NCBI GenBank assembly: GCA_032718475.1
Contig: JAUCBJ010001223.1
Coordinates: 62,001-126,000 of the forward strand
Direction of reading: 5' to 3'
DNA from: Nemertoderma westbladi
Lineage: Eukaryota; Animalia; Xenacoelomorpha
DNA: 64,000 nt
Every line of letters begins with the position of its first letter. Within the stretch, counting starts at the first letter, position 1. Shown here one piece after another: positions 63,579 through 64,000 of the stretch. The translations under genes were made by a program, and so were the position numbers. Below the pieces are notes generated by a model. The model was given only the letters and a program-made list of their open reading frames with translations, was not told the DNA's origin and made no database searches.

Positions 63579-64000
63579 CTATATGCGACCAGTGTTGAAA
63601 TCATTAGATCCATTATTATATGCCGCCGCTGGGGAAACCTCGGGATCATGTGGGATGAGGAGAACCAACTCATGTATAGGACGATCATAGCATGGTTTCT
63701 TTATTTCACCCTTAGCAGTTGATTTGGGTACTGCAATAGTTGCAGAGCGAACCAGGTTATCATCACCTTTCTTCACGGCAGTCACTCTCCCGGTTGGCCA
63801 GTTATTTCTATGTTTCGTTTTGTCTCGGATCAGAACAATATCTCCAATCATAATTGAACGTTTTGGATTTTTCCACTTCATCCGTCTCTGTAACAGTTGA
63901 AGGTAGTCATTGCGCCACCTTATCCAGAATTGATCAACCAGATACTGTACTCGTCTCCAACGATATTTCCCATAGGCCAGCTGATCTTGATCGGAGAAAC
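63579..64000 (-). CDS. BEL/Pao pol C-terminus (post-integrase DUF5641-like domain); element continues off the right edge
   Basis: RWRRVQYLVDQFWIRWRNDYLQLLQRRMKW...GDIVLI...RNNWPTGRV...GDDNLVRS...RPIHELVLL. Confidence 0.92.
   Translation of the reverse strand, partial: FSDQDQLAYGKYRWRRVQYLVDQFWIRWRNDYLQLLQRRMKWKNPKRSIMIGDIVLIRDKTKHRNNWPTGRVTAVKKGDDNLVRSATIAVPKSTAKGEIKKPCYDRPIHELVLLIPHDPEVSPAAAYNNGSNDFNTGRI

Noticed and set aside
1-64000. The left-edge and right-edge BEL pieces being one element
   Set aside because: Both are on the minus strand and run off opposite edges, and their LTRs (5501-6038, 63124-63540) show no similarity.

Overview
This is animal (invertebrate-like) nuclear DNA made almost entirely of nested transposable elements; there are no prokaryotic features, rRNA, true tRNA or CRISPR. 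In order it holds: the 5' half of a BEL/Pao LTR retrotransposon (minus strand, 1-6038); a tRNA-derived SINE; and an ~11.3/12.0 kb tandem duplication (7476-18802, 18803-30843) carrying a BEL relic split by a Foldback element and an RTEX-like LINE split by a near-full-length CR1/L2-group LINE. Next come piggyBac-like, Tc1/mariner-like and Helentron-like non-autonomous elements, and a CRE-like non-LTR retrotransposon with an unusual Ulp1 protease + PHD + RT + CCHC + RLE architecture. The only convincing host gene is a spliced, apparently secreted beta/gamma-crystallin-domain gene (41825 to ~47400). After it lie an RTE LINE containing a 1.15 kb (CACTTCCCT)n expansion, an intact intronless C2H2/acidic ORF with a TATA-Inr promoter, an element inserted in inverted orientation into its own family, and the 3' end of another BEL/Pao element. 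All calls come from reading motifs and comparing copies by eye; family assignments need HMM or library confirmation.
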